This document shows, piece by piece, positions 54,965 to 64,000 of a stretch of DNA of 64,000 nucleotides. A model generated the notes under the pieces. It worked only from the letters and a program-made list of their open reading frames with translations. It had not been told where the DNA came from and did not search any database. This DNA comes from Myxococcales bacterium. Its GTDB lineage: Bacteria; Myxococcota_A; Polyangia; Haliangiales; SHYZ01. The stretch is from NCBI GenBank assembly GCA_009692535.1, contig SHYZ01000001.1, forward strand, positions 15,360 through 79,359. The letters are read 5' to 3'. Numbering within the stretch: the first letter of the stretch is position 1; each line of letters begins with the position of its first letter. A program made the position numbers and the translations under genes.

Positions 54965-57238
54965 CTAGCCGTTCTGCGGCGGCTCGCCGCCCGCAACCAC
55001 CGCGGCGGTCGCCGGCGCCACCGCAGCGTCGTGATATTTGTAGTGGTAGTACTGATAGTAGTTCGCGTAGTGCGGGTTCTTCAGGTTCACGTCGTTGAGC
55101 ACCACGCCGACGATTTGCGTATTCACCGCCTGCATGAGCCGCTTCGCCCGCGCCACCGCATCGCGCGTCGTCCGGTTCGCGCGCACCACGAAGATCGTGC
55201 CGTCGGTCACCCGCGAGAGCACCACCGCATCGGTGACCGCGTTCACCGGCGGCGAGTCGAAGATCACGCGATCGAACTTCTCCGACAGCTTCTCGACCAG
55301 CGCCGCAAAACTCTCGGTCTGGAGCAGCTCGGCCGGGTTGGGCGGAATCGGCCCGCACGGCAGCAGGAACAGCCCCGGCACGTCGGTGTGCTTCACCGCG
55401 CTGTCGATGTCGCTCTCGCCCACGATCAGCCGCGAGACCCCGTTCTCGTTCGACGTGCCAAACGCCTTGTGGAGCCGCGGCCGCCGCATGTCGGTGTCGA
55501 CGAGCAGCGTGCGATGCCCGCTCTGCGCCATCACGATGCCGAGATTCACGACCGTCATCGTCTTCCCCTCGACCGGGTTCGACGACGTGACGACGAGCCG
55601 CTTGAGCGGGCGATCCGCCGATGCGAAGAGCAGGTTCGTCCGCAGCACGCGGCAGCACTCCGCCACGGTCGACGTCGGGTTCCGCAGGATGTACGTCTCC
55701 TGCTTCTCCCCCTTCCCGGTGGCCGTCGCGTCGTCGAGCGTCGGCACAAAGCCGAGGAACGGCAGGCCGAGCGTCACCTCGATGTCGACCTGGCTCTTGA
55801 CCGTGCGGTCCACCAGCTCGATGAAGAACGCCAGCGCGAAGGCAAAGAGCAACCCGCCGGCGAGCCCAAGAACCCCCGCCGTGCGCAGGTTCGGCTCGAC
55901 CGGCGACCGCGGCTGCTGCGCGGTGTCGAGCAGCCGAAGGTTGTTCGCCTCGTCCTTGCCCTGCAGCCCGCTGTCGTTGAGCCGCTTGAGCAGGCCGGTG
56001 TAGACCTCGCTCGCGTTCGTCGCATCACGCTGCCGCCTGCGATACACGAGCTCCTTGCCGTTCACGTCGAGCGCCTCGGTGGTCAGCCGCTTCACCTCGG
56101 CGGCGTACTTCCCCTCCGCCACGCCGAGCGCCTTGAGCTCGGCATCGATCGCGGACTTGAGGCTCTGCCCCTCGGCGGCGAGCGCGGTGAGCGCCGACAT
56201 GACGCGCTGCTCCTGGTACAGCACCTCCGGGTGCTTGTCGCCGTAGCGCTGCGCGAGCTGATCGAGCTTCTGCTGCTCTTCGCGGTACCGCGTGCGCACC
56301 AGCGCGATCCCATCTGCCTCAATCACATACGACGTCGGCAGCCGCAGAATCCCCTGCGCTCCGTCATTGAGCAGACCGGCGATCGCGTTGCGCCGCGCCT
56401 CGAGCTCGATCCGCTTCTGGCGCGTGGTCGTGAGCGCCGTCGAGAAATCCTCGAGCGCCTTGGTGATCATGTTCTGCCGATCCTCGAGCGCGACCGACAG
56501 AATGTTCTCGTCCTTCTTGTACGAATAGAGCGCCGTCTCCGAGCGATCGAGCTCGCTGCGTGCCTCGTCGAGCTGCTTGGCGACGAAGCGCGTCGCGTCC
56601 TCGGTGGCGTCCCGCTTCACCGCCACGTTCTGCGCGATGTAGACCGCCGCGAGTTGGTTGGCGAGCTGCATACAGAGCGCGGGATCGCGCCCGCGGATGC
56701 CGATGCCGACCACGCGGCTGTTCTTGACCGGAAGAATGCGGATGCTGCCGAGCACGAAGCTGGTCGCCCGATCGATTCGAGTCTCCTCGTCGCGATCATC
56801 GCCGACCGCACCGCCCACTCCACCCTTGGGCGGCGGCACGACGCGCGGATCCGCCTGCAGGCGATAGCGCCGCACGACCTCTTCCGCCAGCGAGCGGCTG
56901 CGTAGAATGCGGAACTGCGTGTTGTAGTACTCGCTGTTGTCCCAGAGGTTGCCCGAGCCGAGCTCGACCACGTTCTCCGACTGCCCGCCGAGCGAGCGCG
57001 GCGCGTGCGGGTTCATGATCACCGACGCGATCGCCTCGTAGATCTTGGGGCGACGCGCGGTCCCGGCGACGACGGCCGCGAGCACCATCGTGGTCACCGC
57101 GAGCATCAACCACTTCCGCTTCTTGAGGACGGTGAAGTAGTAGTGAACGTCGGTCCCGCCGTCGCCCATGCCAGGCGACGGGGCGTCAATGCTCTGCGCG
57201 CGCTCGTTCATCAGCTTGGGTAGGACGCCGCCAGACAC
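54965..57238 (-). CDS. wzc: Polysaccharide co-polymerase / tyrosine autokinase (Wzc, PCP-2a BY-kinase)
   Basis: It has an N-terminal TM helix, a long periplasmic coiled-coil and a second TM helix. Walker A is SSNPVEGKTMTV, followed by LLVDTDMRRP and Walker B VIFDSPP. The C-terminal tail NPHYANYYQYYHYKYHD is Tyr-rich. Confidence 0.92.
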   Translation of the reverse strand: MSGGVLPKLMNERAQSIDAPSPGMGDGGTDVHYYFTVLKKRKWLMLAVTTMVLAAVVAGTARRPKIYEAIASVIMNPHAPRSLGGQSENVVELGSGNLWDNSEYYNTQFRILRSRSLAEEVVRRYRLQADPRVVPPPKGGVGGAVGDDRDEETRIDRATSFVLGSIRILPVKNSRVVGIGIRGRDPALCMQLANQLAAVYIAQNVAVKRDATEDATRFVAKQLDEARSELDRSETALYSYKKDENILSVALEDRQNMITKALEDFSTALTTTRQKRIELEARRNAIAGLLNDGAQGILRLPTSYVIEADGIALVRTRYREEQQKLDQLAQRYGDKHPEVLYQEQRVMSALTALAAEGQSLKSAIDAELKALGVAEGKYAAEVKRLTTEALDVNGKELVYRRRQRDATNASEVYTGLLKRLNDSGLQGKDEANNLRLLDTAQQPRSPVEPNLRTAGVLGLAGGLLFAFALAFFIELVDRTVKSQVDIEVTLGLPFLGFVPTLDDATATGKGEKQETYILRNPTSTVAECCRVLRTNLLFASADRPLKRLVVTSSNPVEGKTMTVVNLGIVMAQSGHRTLLVDTDMRRPRLHKAFGTSNENGVSRLIVGESDIDSAVKHTDVPGLFLLPCGPIPPNPAELLQTESFAALVEKLSEKFDRVIFDSPPVNAVTDAVVLSRVTDGTIFVVRANRTTRDAVARAKRLMQAVNTQIVGVVLNDVNLKNPHYANYYQYYHYKYHDAAVAPATAAVVAGGEPPQNG

Positions 57239-57327
57239 CGATGCGTTCAGGCGGTTGCCCGCGATCTTCTACCAGCTTGGCCAAGGGCCCGCAACGCGCG
57301 TGCTAGCCTGCCCGGACGGAACCCCGC

Positions 57328-58815
57328 GTGAACGCTTCCGCCCCGCCCCCGCACCAACCCGCCGTGGCCGCCGTCCGCCCGACTTCCCCCCCCGTCCGCG
57401 CGGTCGCGGTCCGGGTCGGCTCGCTGCTCGCGCTCGTCGCCGCGCTGGTCCTGCTGCCGGGGTTCACCGACTCCGACGCGCTCAAGGCCGTGATCCCGCT
57501 CTTCTGCGTGCTCCTCTACCTCCAGCTCGCGCCGCTCATCTGGCCCCCACGCGCAGACATCTTCTCGCCCGTCGCCTTCAACGGGCTGATGGGCTCACTC
57601 GCCACCACCGCAACCCTCGCCACGTTTCTCACGGCCAATGACGTGGAGATCGGCGCGCTAATCCGCGGCCTGGCCCCGAGCGAAGCCCAGGCCCTGGCCG
57701 AGAAAGTGCTCTGGGCCTCGATCCTCGGACTCAGCTGCTTCTATGTCGGCTACTACGCGCGCTTCGGGATTCCGACCAAGAGCTGGTTCCCCAACGTAGC
57801 TCGGCTCGAGTGGAACCCCGGCCGGCTGCGCCTGCTCTCGGGGCTCGCCCTCATCATTTTCATCGTCGCCTATGGCGCGTTCCAGAGCCGCCTCGGCGTC
57901 TCGCTCAGCGACCTCACGCAACTCGGGGCCGGCAAGGCGGTCTGGCGCGACGACCCGCGTCTGTCGTGGATCCTTCGTGGCGTCCAGTTCTGCTTCCTGC
58001 CGGTGCTCTTCTACATCACCTGGGGCGCGTCCCGCCGCGGCAAGGCCCCGCTGATCGCGAGCGCGCTGCTGCTCGTCGTCGCCTCGGCGCTGGTCGCACG
58101 CATGGGGCAGCGCGGCATGTTCATGTACGTCTTCCTCTGCGTGCTCGTGCTGGTGCACTACCTGCGCGTGCGCATCCCGGTGGCGGTCTTCGCGGGCCTG
58201 CTCTTCTCGGCGATCGTCCTGTCGAACCTGCTCTACGAGGTCCGCACGCAGGTCCGCACCGGGGACGCCACGCTCCGCACGCGCGCCTCGAACCCGGTCG
58301 CCGCGCTCGTCAGCCACGAGTCGGAGCGCCAGCGCTTCTCGGCCAACGCGCTCATCCTGCGCGAGTTCCCCGACCACCACCCCTACCTCCTCGGCGAGAG
58401 CTGGCTCGGCATGCTCGCCGCGCCGATTCCGCGCTGGGTCTGGCCGGCCAAGGTCGAGCACTTCGCGTGGCGCGATACGCGCATCGTCGACAAGCTCGGC
58501 GGCGGTCCGATCCCGGCGTCGTTCCTCGGCACGCTCTACGCGAACTTCTCCTGGATCGGCATCATCCTCGGCATGCTGGTCTGGGGCGCGGTGCAGCGCG
58601 GCATGTACGAGTGGCTGCTCGAACACCCGAGCGACAAGAGCACGGTGCTCCTCTACACCGTGCTGCTGATCTTCTTTGGCCCGACGCTGCTGCAGCTCTC
58701 GTCGACAATGCAGTACGTGATCCCGATCTGGCTCGGCCTGCGCTTCATCGGCACGCGCAGGCCGCCAGGGGCTGAGCGGACGCCGGTGCTCGCGCCCACG
58801 CCCGCCCCCGGGTAG
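57328..58815 (+). CDS. Oligosaccharide repeat-unit polymerase (Wzy-like)
   Basis: GTG start and about 11 TM helices. The large loop with HPYLLGESWLGMLAAPIPRWVWPAK matches the liPr.lwp.KP motif I associate with Wzy-type polymerases. Confidence 0.6.
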   Translation: MNASAPPPHQPAVAAVRPTSPPVRAVAVRVGSLLALVAALVLLPGFTDSDALKAVIPLFCVLLYLQLAPLIWPPRADIFSPVAFNGLMGSLATTATLATFLTANDVEIGALIRGLAPSEAQALAEKVLWASILGLSCFYVGYYARFGIPTKSWFPNVARLEWNPGRLRLLSGLALIIFIVAYGAFQSRLGVSLSDLTQLGAGKAVWRDDPRLSWILRGVQFCFLPVLFYITWGASRRGKAPLIASALLLVVASALVARMGQRGMFMYVFLCVLVLVHYLRVRIPVAVFAGLLFSAIVLSNLLYEVRTQVRTGDATLRTRASNPVAALVSHESERQRFSANALILREFPDHHPYLLGESWLGMLAAPIPRWVWPAKVEHFAWRDTRIVDKLGGGPIPASFLGTLYANFSWIGIILGMLVWGAVQRGMYEWLLEHPSDKSTVLLYTVLLIFFGPTLLQLSSTMQYVIPIWLGLRFIGTRRPPGAERTPVLAPTPAPG

Positions 58816-58818
58816 TCG

Positions 58819-59823
58819 CTACAGCGCGACGGGGGCGCCGTCGCCCTCGAGCGAACGCTGCGCCGCTTCGAGCACGCTCACGACGCGGAGCGCGCCCTCG
58901 CCGTCGGTGAGCGGCGTGCGGTTCTCCTGCACGCACTCGATAAAGTGGCGGCACTCGGACTCGAGCGGCTCGGTCATCGGCACGGCGGGGATGTGGATGT
59001 CGCCGTTCCTGATCGACAGGTACTGCGCGTACTCGGTGAACTGCGGCGGGCGATCGACGCCCTTGTCGTAGATGCGCAACTTCTCGACCGGATGCGCGTC
59101 GTCGAACTCGACCATCTTCTGCGCGCCGACGACGGTGAGCCGGCGCTCCTTGCGCGGGTCAAGCCAGGAGAGCTGGATCTGCGCGAGCACGCCGGATGGA
59201 AAGCGGAGGTTGACGAACGCGACGTCGGCGATGCCGGGCTGGAGGTAGCAGCCGCCGCGCGCGCTCACGCTCTCGGGTGCCTCGTCGAGCAGGTGGAGGA
59301 TCATCGAGATGTCGTGCGGCGCGAGGCTCCACATCGCGTTCTCGTCGCGGCGCACGCGGCCAAGGTTGACGCGGAGCGCGTACATGTAGAGCACCTTGCC
59401 GAGCTCGCCAGCGACGATCATCTGGCGCAGGCGCAGCACGGCGGGGTGGTAGAGCATCAGGTGGCCGACCATCAGCACGCGACCGGCGGCCTTTGCTGCG
59501 TCGACGACCGAGCGCGCGTCGGCGGCGGAGAGCGCGAGCGGCTTCTCGACGAAGACGTGCTTGCCGGCAGCGAGGGCGGCCTTCGCTTGCGCCGCGTGAA
59601 GCACCGCGGGCGTGGCGAGGACAACGGCGTCCACGTCGGGCGCGGCGAGCGCGTCCTCGAGATCGCGACCGCCCCGTGCACGCGGCGCGAGGGCGAGCGC
59701 ACGGGCCAGCGAGGCCTCCGACGCGTCGGCGACCATCACCAACTCGGCGCCCTTGAGACGCGCGAACGAGCGGACGTGGTTGATGCCCCACGCGCCCGCG
59801 CCGACGACGGCGACGCGGGTCAC
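58819..59823 (-). CDS. Gfo/Idh/MocA-family NAD-dependent sugar-nucleotide oxidoreductase (WbpB-like)
   Basis: The GTG at 59823 overlaps the upstream stop (GTGA). N-terminus is VTRVAVVGAGAWGINHVRSF, with EKPLA also present. Confidence 0.85.
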   Translation of the reverse strand: MTRVAVVGAGAWGINHVRSFARLKGAELVMVADASEASLARALALAPRARGGRDLEDALAAPDVDAVVLATPAVLHAAQAKAALAAGKHVFVEKPLALSAADARSVVDAAKAAGRVLMVGHLMLYHPAVLRLRQMIVAGELGKVLYMYALRVNLGRVRRDENAMWSLAPHDISMILHLLDEAPESVSARGGCYLQPGIADVAFVNLRFPSGVLAQIQLSWLDPRKERRLTVVGAQKMVEFDDAHPVEKLRIYDKGVDRPPQFTEYAQYLSIRNGDIHIPAVPMTEPLESECRHFIECVQENRTPLTDGEGALRVVSVLEAAQRSLEGDGAPVAL

Positions 59824-60923
59824 GCTGCACCGCCCGCGTAGAACGCTGCGATGCGCGAGACGACCCACTCCTGCTGCGCGGGGGAAATCTCGGGGTAGAT
59901 CGGTAGCGCGAGCGCCTCGCGTGCGGCGGCCTCTGCCTCGGGAAACGCACCGTCGGCGTAACCGAGCTCGCGGAAGCAGGGCTGCTGGTGGAACGGCAAC
60001 GGGTAGTAGACCTCGGTGGCGATGCCGCTCTTGGTGAGGAAGGCGCGGAGGTCGTCGCGGCGTGGCGCACGCACGACGAACTGGTTGTAGATGTGCGCCG
60101 GGACGTCGGTGGGAATGACGAGCTCGGCGGGCAGCCCCGACGCGCTCGCGAGCAGGCCCCGGTAGCGGTCGGCGTTCTTGCGGCGCGCGGCAGTCCAGCC
60201 GGCGAGCCGCGGCAGCTTCACGCGCAGCACCGCCGCCTGCACGGCGTCGAGCCGGAAGTTCCCGCCGACCGCGTGGTGTACGTACTTGGGGCGACCGCCG
60301 TGGGTGCGCAGGAGGCGCACGCGGTCGGCGAAGGCGTCATCGTCGGCGTAGACCGCGCCCGCGTCGCCGAACGCGCCGAGGTTCTTCGACGGGAAGAATG
60401 ACAGGCAGCCCGCGCGTCCTGCGAGCGGCGTTGAACCGATCGACTGCGCGGAGTCCTCGATGATCGGCACCGTGGTCATCGGCAGCGTCGCCGGGCGACC
60501 GAAGAGATGAACCGGGATGATCGCCTTGGTGCGCGGGCCGCACGCGGCAGCAGCAGCGGCCGGCGCGAGGTTGAAGGTGTCGCGCTCGATGTCGACGAAC
60601 ACCGGTCGCGCGCCGAGACGGCTTACAACGCCGGCGGTGGCGAAGAAGGAGAACGGCGTGGTCACCACGTCGTCACCGGGGCCCACACCGAGCGCCATCA
60701 GGGCGACCAGCAGCGCGTCGGTGCCCGACGAGACGCCGAGCGCGTGCTTGACGCCGAGCGACTGTGCGAGCTCGCGCTCGAAGCCCTCCACCTCGGGGCC
60801 CATGATGAACGCGCCCGAGTCGACGACGCGCGCGATGGCGGCGAGCACCTCCTCGCGCAGCGGTCCGTTCTGGGCGGCGAGATCGAGCAGCGGGACCGCT
60901 TGCGGGACCATCGGGCGGTTCAT
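59820..60923 (-). CDS. DegT/DnrJ/EryC1/StrS-family PLP aminotransferase (WbpE-like)
   Basis: VPLLDL, FERELA, GVSSGTDALLVAL, IIPVHLFG, and FFPSKNLGAFGDAG with the catalytic Lys. Confidence 0.9.
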   Translation of the reverse strand: MNRPMVPQAVPLLDLAAQNGPLREEVLAAIARVVDSGAFIMGPEVEGFERELAQSLGVKHALGVSSGTDALLVALMALGVGPGDDVVTTPFSFFATAGVVSRLGARPVFVDIERDTFNLAPAAAAAACGPRTKAIIPVHLFGRPATLPMTTVPIIEDSAQSIGSTPLAGRAGCLSFFPSKNLGAFGDAGAVYADDDAFADRVRLLRTHGGRPKYVHHAVGGNFRLDAVQAAVLRVKLPRLAGWTAARRKNADRYRGLLASASGLPAELVIPTDVPAHIYNQFVVRAPRRDDLRAFLTKSGIATEVYYPLPFHQQPCFRELGYADGAFPEAEAAAREALALPIYPEISPAQQEWVVSRIAAFYAGGAA

Positions 60924-62161
60924 AGCACTCCCTCCTTTGCGACACCATGTGGCGGCGCGACGGCGGCGTTGTCGTCGGGCGCGTCACGCGCGTCGGGCTC
61001 GCGACGACCGGCGAGCTCGCGATAGAGCGCGGCGAGCGCAGCGACATGCCGGCCGAGCTCGAAGCGCTCCTCGGCCATTCGGCGCGACTCCTGCCCCATC
61101 CGCTCGAGCCGCGCGGGATCTGCGAGCGCGGCGGCGAGCGCGTCAACCGCGCGCTCGAGCTCGAAGGTGCGCACGAAGCAGCCGTTCCGCGCCTCGTCGC
61201 AGGTGTCGACCGCCATCCGCTCTTCGTCCTCGCTGTCGACGATGGTGGCGATCGGGCGACCGACCGCCATCGCCTCGATCGACGAGATGCCGTTGAGCGG
61301 GTTGTGTGTGGTCTGCAGCACGATGTCGCACGCGCTCATGAGGCGCGTCGAGTCCGGGCGCGAGCCGGCGAAGAGGACGGCGTGCGCGATGCCGAGCTCG
61401 CGCGCGAGCACCTCGAACGCGACGCGCTGCGGCCCGTCGCCGACGTTGAGCAGGCGCGCCTGTGGCATCCGCGCGAGCAGCGCCGCGAAGACGCGCAGGC
61501 CACGTGCGATCCCCTTCACCGGCACCTGCCGCGCGACGATGCCGACGATCGGCGCGGCGTCCGGGAGCCCGAGCTCGCGCCGCACCTCGCCGCGCGTCTC
61601 GGCGCCGACCTGGAACTCCTCGAGGTCGAGGCCGATGTAGTTCAGCACGATCTTGTCGCGCGGGATCTTCCAGCGCGTGATCTGGTCGTCGGCGTAGTAG
61701 CTGCCGAGCGCGACGTAGCGGTCGGTGATGCCGTAGACGAGGCGACGCAGCGGGGCAAACCGGATGGTGAGATCCTCGGTGCGCGAGCGGTTGCCGTAGG
61801 GGCGCTGGATCGTGTGGATCACCGGGCGACCGGTCACGAACGCGGCCGCCTTGGCGGCGAGCACCGGCAGCCCCGAGCCGTGCGTGGTCACGACGTCGAT
61901 CTGCTCGGCGCGCAACAGACGCGCCATGCGCGGCACGGCGCGTAGGTCGGCGGGATGCCGCACGGTCGGCACCGCCGCGCCGAGCGTGCGGAACCGCACC
62001 TGCGGCCCAAACTCGCGACGGAGCGCGTCCTCGCCGCTGTAGACGACGAGCTGCTCGAACACGGCGGGATCGAGCCGGTTCGCCAGCCGCACGAGGTAGC
62101 GCTGCTCGCCGCCCATCTCCAGGCTGGCGATCACATGGAGAACGCGGATCGGCCGCGTCAC
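60920..62161 (-). CDS. Glycosyltransferase family 4
   Basis: The GTG at 62161 overlaps the upstream stop. N-terminus is IRVLHVIASLEMGGEQ. The donor-binding half includes NGISSIEAMAVGRPIAT. Confidence 0.75.
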   Translation of the reverse strand: MTRPIRVLHVIASLEMGGEQRYLVRLANRLDPAVFEQLVVYSGEDALRREFGPQVRFRTLGAAVPTVRHPADLRAVPRMARLLRAEQIDVVTTHGSGLPVLAAKAAAFVTGRPVIHTIQRPYGNRSRTEDLTIRFAPLRRLVYGITDRYVALGSYYADDQITRWKIPRDKIVLNYIGLDLEEFQVGAETRGEVRRELGLPDAAPIVGIVARQVPVKGIARGLRVFAALLARMPQARLLNVGDGPQRVAFEVLARELGIAHAVLFAGSRPDSTRLMSACDIVLQTTHNPLNGISSIEAMAVGRPIATIVDSEDEERMAVDTCDEARNGCFVRTFELERAVDALAAALADPARLERMGQESRRMAEERFELGRHVAALAALYRELAGRREPDARDAPDDNAAVAPPHGVAKEGVL

Positions 62162-63141
62162 GGCCCGGCGGTCTTGGCCGAGGTCATCCACTCGTAGGTG
62201 CGGCGGAGACCGTTCTCGACGGTGACTCGGGGCACCCAGCGGAGCTCGCGACGCAGCTTCTCGATGTTCACGACGCGGCGACGGATGTTGTCGATGTCGC
62301 GCCGGTCGACCCACTGCGGCTCCATGCTCGCGCCGGTGACTGCAATGATGGTCCGCGCGAGTTGGTTCACCGTGGTCTCGCGCCCGGTGCCGACGTTGTA
62401 GACCTGCCCGTCGGCCTTCGGCAGCATGCCGGCGAGGATCGTCGCCTCGACGACATCGTCGATGTACGTGTAGTCGCGCGTCTGCTCGCCGTCGCCGTGG
62501 ATGCGCGGTGCCTCGCCGGCCATCGCCGCCTCGAAGAACTTGGCGATGACGCCGCAGTACGGATTGTCGGCGCGCTGCCCGGGACCGTAGACGTTCGAGT
62601 AGCGCACCGACGACGACGACAGCCCGTAGCTCTCGTAGAACGCCTTGCAGTAGCTCTCGCCGGCGTACTTTGACACCGAGTACGGCGAGAGCATGTTGGT
62701 CGCGTCGTCCTCGTTGATCGGCAGGTAGCGCGGGTTGCCGTAGACCGATGCCGACGAGGCGTAGACGGTGCGGCGCAGGCCCGGCGTCTCACGCGCGGCG
62801 AGGAGCACGTTGAGCGTGCCGCCGATGTTCACCTCGTAGTCCTGCCGCGGGTCCTTGGTGGAGACGATGATGTTGCGCGCCGCCTCGTGGAAGACGATCG
62901 CCGCGCCGCGCAGCACGTCCTTCACTAGCGCAAAGTCGGTCACGCTGCCGAGCACGAACTCGAGGCGCGCGTGGCCGAGCGGGAGGTTGTCCTTGCGGCC
63001 GGTGAAGAGATCGTCGAGCACGACGACGTGGTGTCCGTCGTCGAGCAGGCGCGCGACAAGGCGCGAGCCGACGAAGCCGGCACCGCCGGTGACGACGATC
63101 CGCTCGGGCTTGGTGCTGCTGGCTGATTGGGATTGGGTCAC
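62158..63141 (-). CDS. NAD-dependent epimerase/dehydratase (UDP-sugar 4-epimerase / decarboxylase-like extended SDR)
   Basis: IVVTGGAGFVGSRLV, the YxxxK element YSVSKYAGE, and DGEQTRDYTYIDDVV. The GTG at 63141 is chosen because the track ORF (to 63522) overlaps the upstream gene. Confidence 0.85.
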   Translation of the reverse strand: MTQSQSASSTKPERIVVTGGAGFVGSRLVARLLDDGHHVVVLDDLFTGRKDNLPLGHARLEFVLGSVTDFALVKDVLRGAAIVFHEAARNIIVSTKDPRQDYEVNIGGTLNVLLAARETPGLRRTVYASSASVYGNPRYLPINEDDATNMLSPYSVSKYAGESYCKAFYESYGLSSSSVRYSNVYGPGQRADNPYCGVIAKFFEAAMAGEAPRIHGDGEQTRDYTYIDDVVEATILAGMLPKADGQVYNVGTGRETTVNQLARTIIAVTGASMEPQWVDRRDIDNIRRRVVNIEKLRRELRWVPRVTVENGLRRTYEWMTSAKTAGP

Positions 63142-63178
63142 GATTTCACGTGAGACTAGTAAGGAGGGTTTGGGTCGG

Positions 63179-64000
63179 TCAAGCGCGGGCGCGACGGCGC
63201 CCGATGGTGACCGTGAGGGCGACCGCGAGCAGCGAGAGGGAGAGCAAGCCAAGCGGCGTGCCGGGACCGCGGCCACCGCCGGCAGCACGACAGGAGCAAC
63301 CGCCAGGCTCGGGCGTCGGGATCGGCGGCGCGACGGCGAGCTCAATGATGAGCTCCGCGCGGGTCTGCTTGCCGGCGACGTCGAGCACCTCCGCGAGGAT
63401 GCGGTGCCTGCCCGGCGCAAGCTGGGAGGACGACGCCTCGACTGTGGCGGTGAGGCCCGAGACGGGACCGCCGCCGAGGACCAGCACGGGGGAACGCTCA
63501 GGACAGCCATCGTCGTCGACAACGCCGCAGCGCAGGATCGTGAGCGAGAGCAGGCCGGTCGCGTCCGCGGCCTCGGCGACGAGGCGATCCCCGAGCAGAC
63601 GCAGCGTCACCTGTGGCGGCGAGCGGTCGACGCGCCGAAATCCGTCGGAGCGCCGCTCAAAGGAGCGCTCACCGCCCGCGCCGACTGCGCGCACGAGCGT
63701 GTAGTAGGTCGCGCCGAGCTCGAGTGGCACGCCGGTGAGCACCGCCTCGTCGCCCGGTCCGACCGCGACGAACTCGGGCTCGGTGACCACCGCGCCGACG
63801 CCGTCCAAAATCGCGACCTCGTAGCCCGTCGCGCCGTCGACCGGCTCCCAGTGCACCGTGATGCGATCGAGCGTCTCGATCTCGTCGAACTCGACCGGGA
63901 TGCCGTGCGGTCCCTCGCCCACGCCGAGCGGTCCTGCGAGCGGCTCGTGGTCGATGACATAGAGGTGGCCGTCCTTCACGGAGACGAGGATCTCGAGATC
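63179..64000 (-). CDS. Secreted FN3/Ig-like-domain protein with a MYXO-CTERM-type tail (5' end outside the window)
   Basis: The frame stays open to the window edge. LDRITVHWEPVDGATGYEVAI is FN3-like. The C-terminus is PEPGGCSCRAAGGG...LGLLSLSLLAVALTVTIGRRRARA. Confidence 0.7.
   Translation of the reverse strand, partial: DLEILVSVKDGHLYVIDHEPLAGPLGVGEGPHGIPVEFDEIETLDRITVHWEPVDGATGYEVAILDGVGAVVTEPEFVAVGPGDEAVLTGVPLELGATYYTLVRAVGAGGERSFERRSDGFRRVDRSPPQVTLRLLGDRLVAEAADATGLLSLTILRCGVVDDDGCPERSPVLVLGGGPVSGLTATVEASSSQLAPGRHRILAEVLDVAGKQTRAELIIELAVAPPIPTPEPGGCSCRAAGGGRGPGTPLGLLSLSLLAVALTVTIGRRRARA

Noticed and set aside
54632-56905. 757-aa plus-strand ORF, the same length as wzc on the opposite strand
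   Set aside because: The minus-strand product has Walker A/B motifs, two TM helices and a Tyr-rich tail. The plus-strand product is Arg/Pro/His-rich with no motifs.

Overview
This is a very GC-rich stretch of chromosome, roughly 70% GC by eye (not computed). It is almost fully coding. I call about 55 CDS and find no rRNA, tRNA, CRISPR array, transposase, integrase or prophage signature. Two proteins carry MYXO-CTERM-type tails (GC[DS]C, a hydrophobic helix, then RRR). Together with PEGA/TPR proteins, eukaryote-like kinases and Glt/Nfs-like genes, this points to a Myxococcota genome. Because of the GC content, nearly every real gene is mirrored by long spurious ORFs, and many track ORFs are over-extended at the 5' end. 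I re-set starts where signal peptides, 4-nt GTGA/ATGA junctions or neighbouring genes indicated a better one.

Contents, left to right:
- Envelope proteins: a PAP-like phosphoesterase, a small OM barrel and a TolB-like propeller.
- A tandem pair of WYL regulators, and a TonB-anchor-like Pro-rich protein.
- queC.
- An orphan DNA methyltransferase translationally coupled to a DCTPP1/RS21-C6-type dCTP pyrophosphatase that carries a basic (AAVAKR)n tail.
- A TPR/PEGA protein followed by a Ser/Thr kinase.
- A thiolase and an orphan ATP-grasp enzyme.
- A housekeeping block: gatCAB-mtnA and rplU-rpmA-obg.

Main finding: from 29.8 kb to the end of the window there is a locus of about 34 kb, which I consider the most interesting part. 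A tightly coupled Glt/Nfs-like envelope module sits directly upstream of, and co-directional with, a Wzx/Wzy-type polysaccharide pathway.
- The envelope module contains giant TPR proteins, a TPR lipoprotein and an FHA-TM(SxxxH)-KP linker-TonB_C-like protein. It has no motor genes and no Glt-type OM barrels in the window.
- The polysaccharide pathway has a beta-barrel plus a short helix-less OPX, GT4 enzymes, a WecA-like transferase, an O-antigen-ligase-like/TPR fusion, CapD, a Wzc BY-kinase, Wzy, and WbpB/WbpE-like amino-sugar enzymes.

All functional calls rest on motifs I could read in the translations. No similarity search was run.
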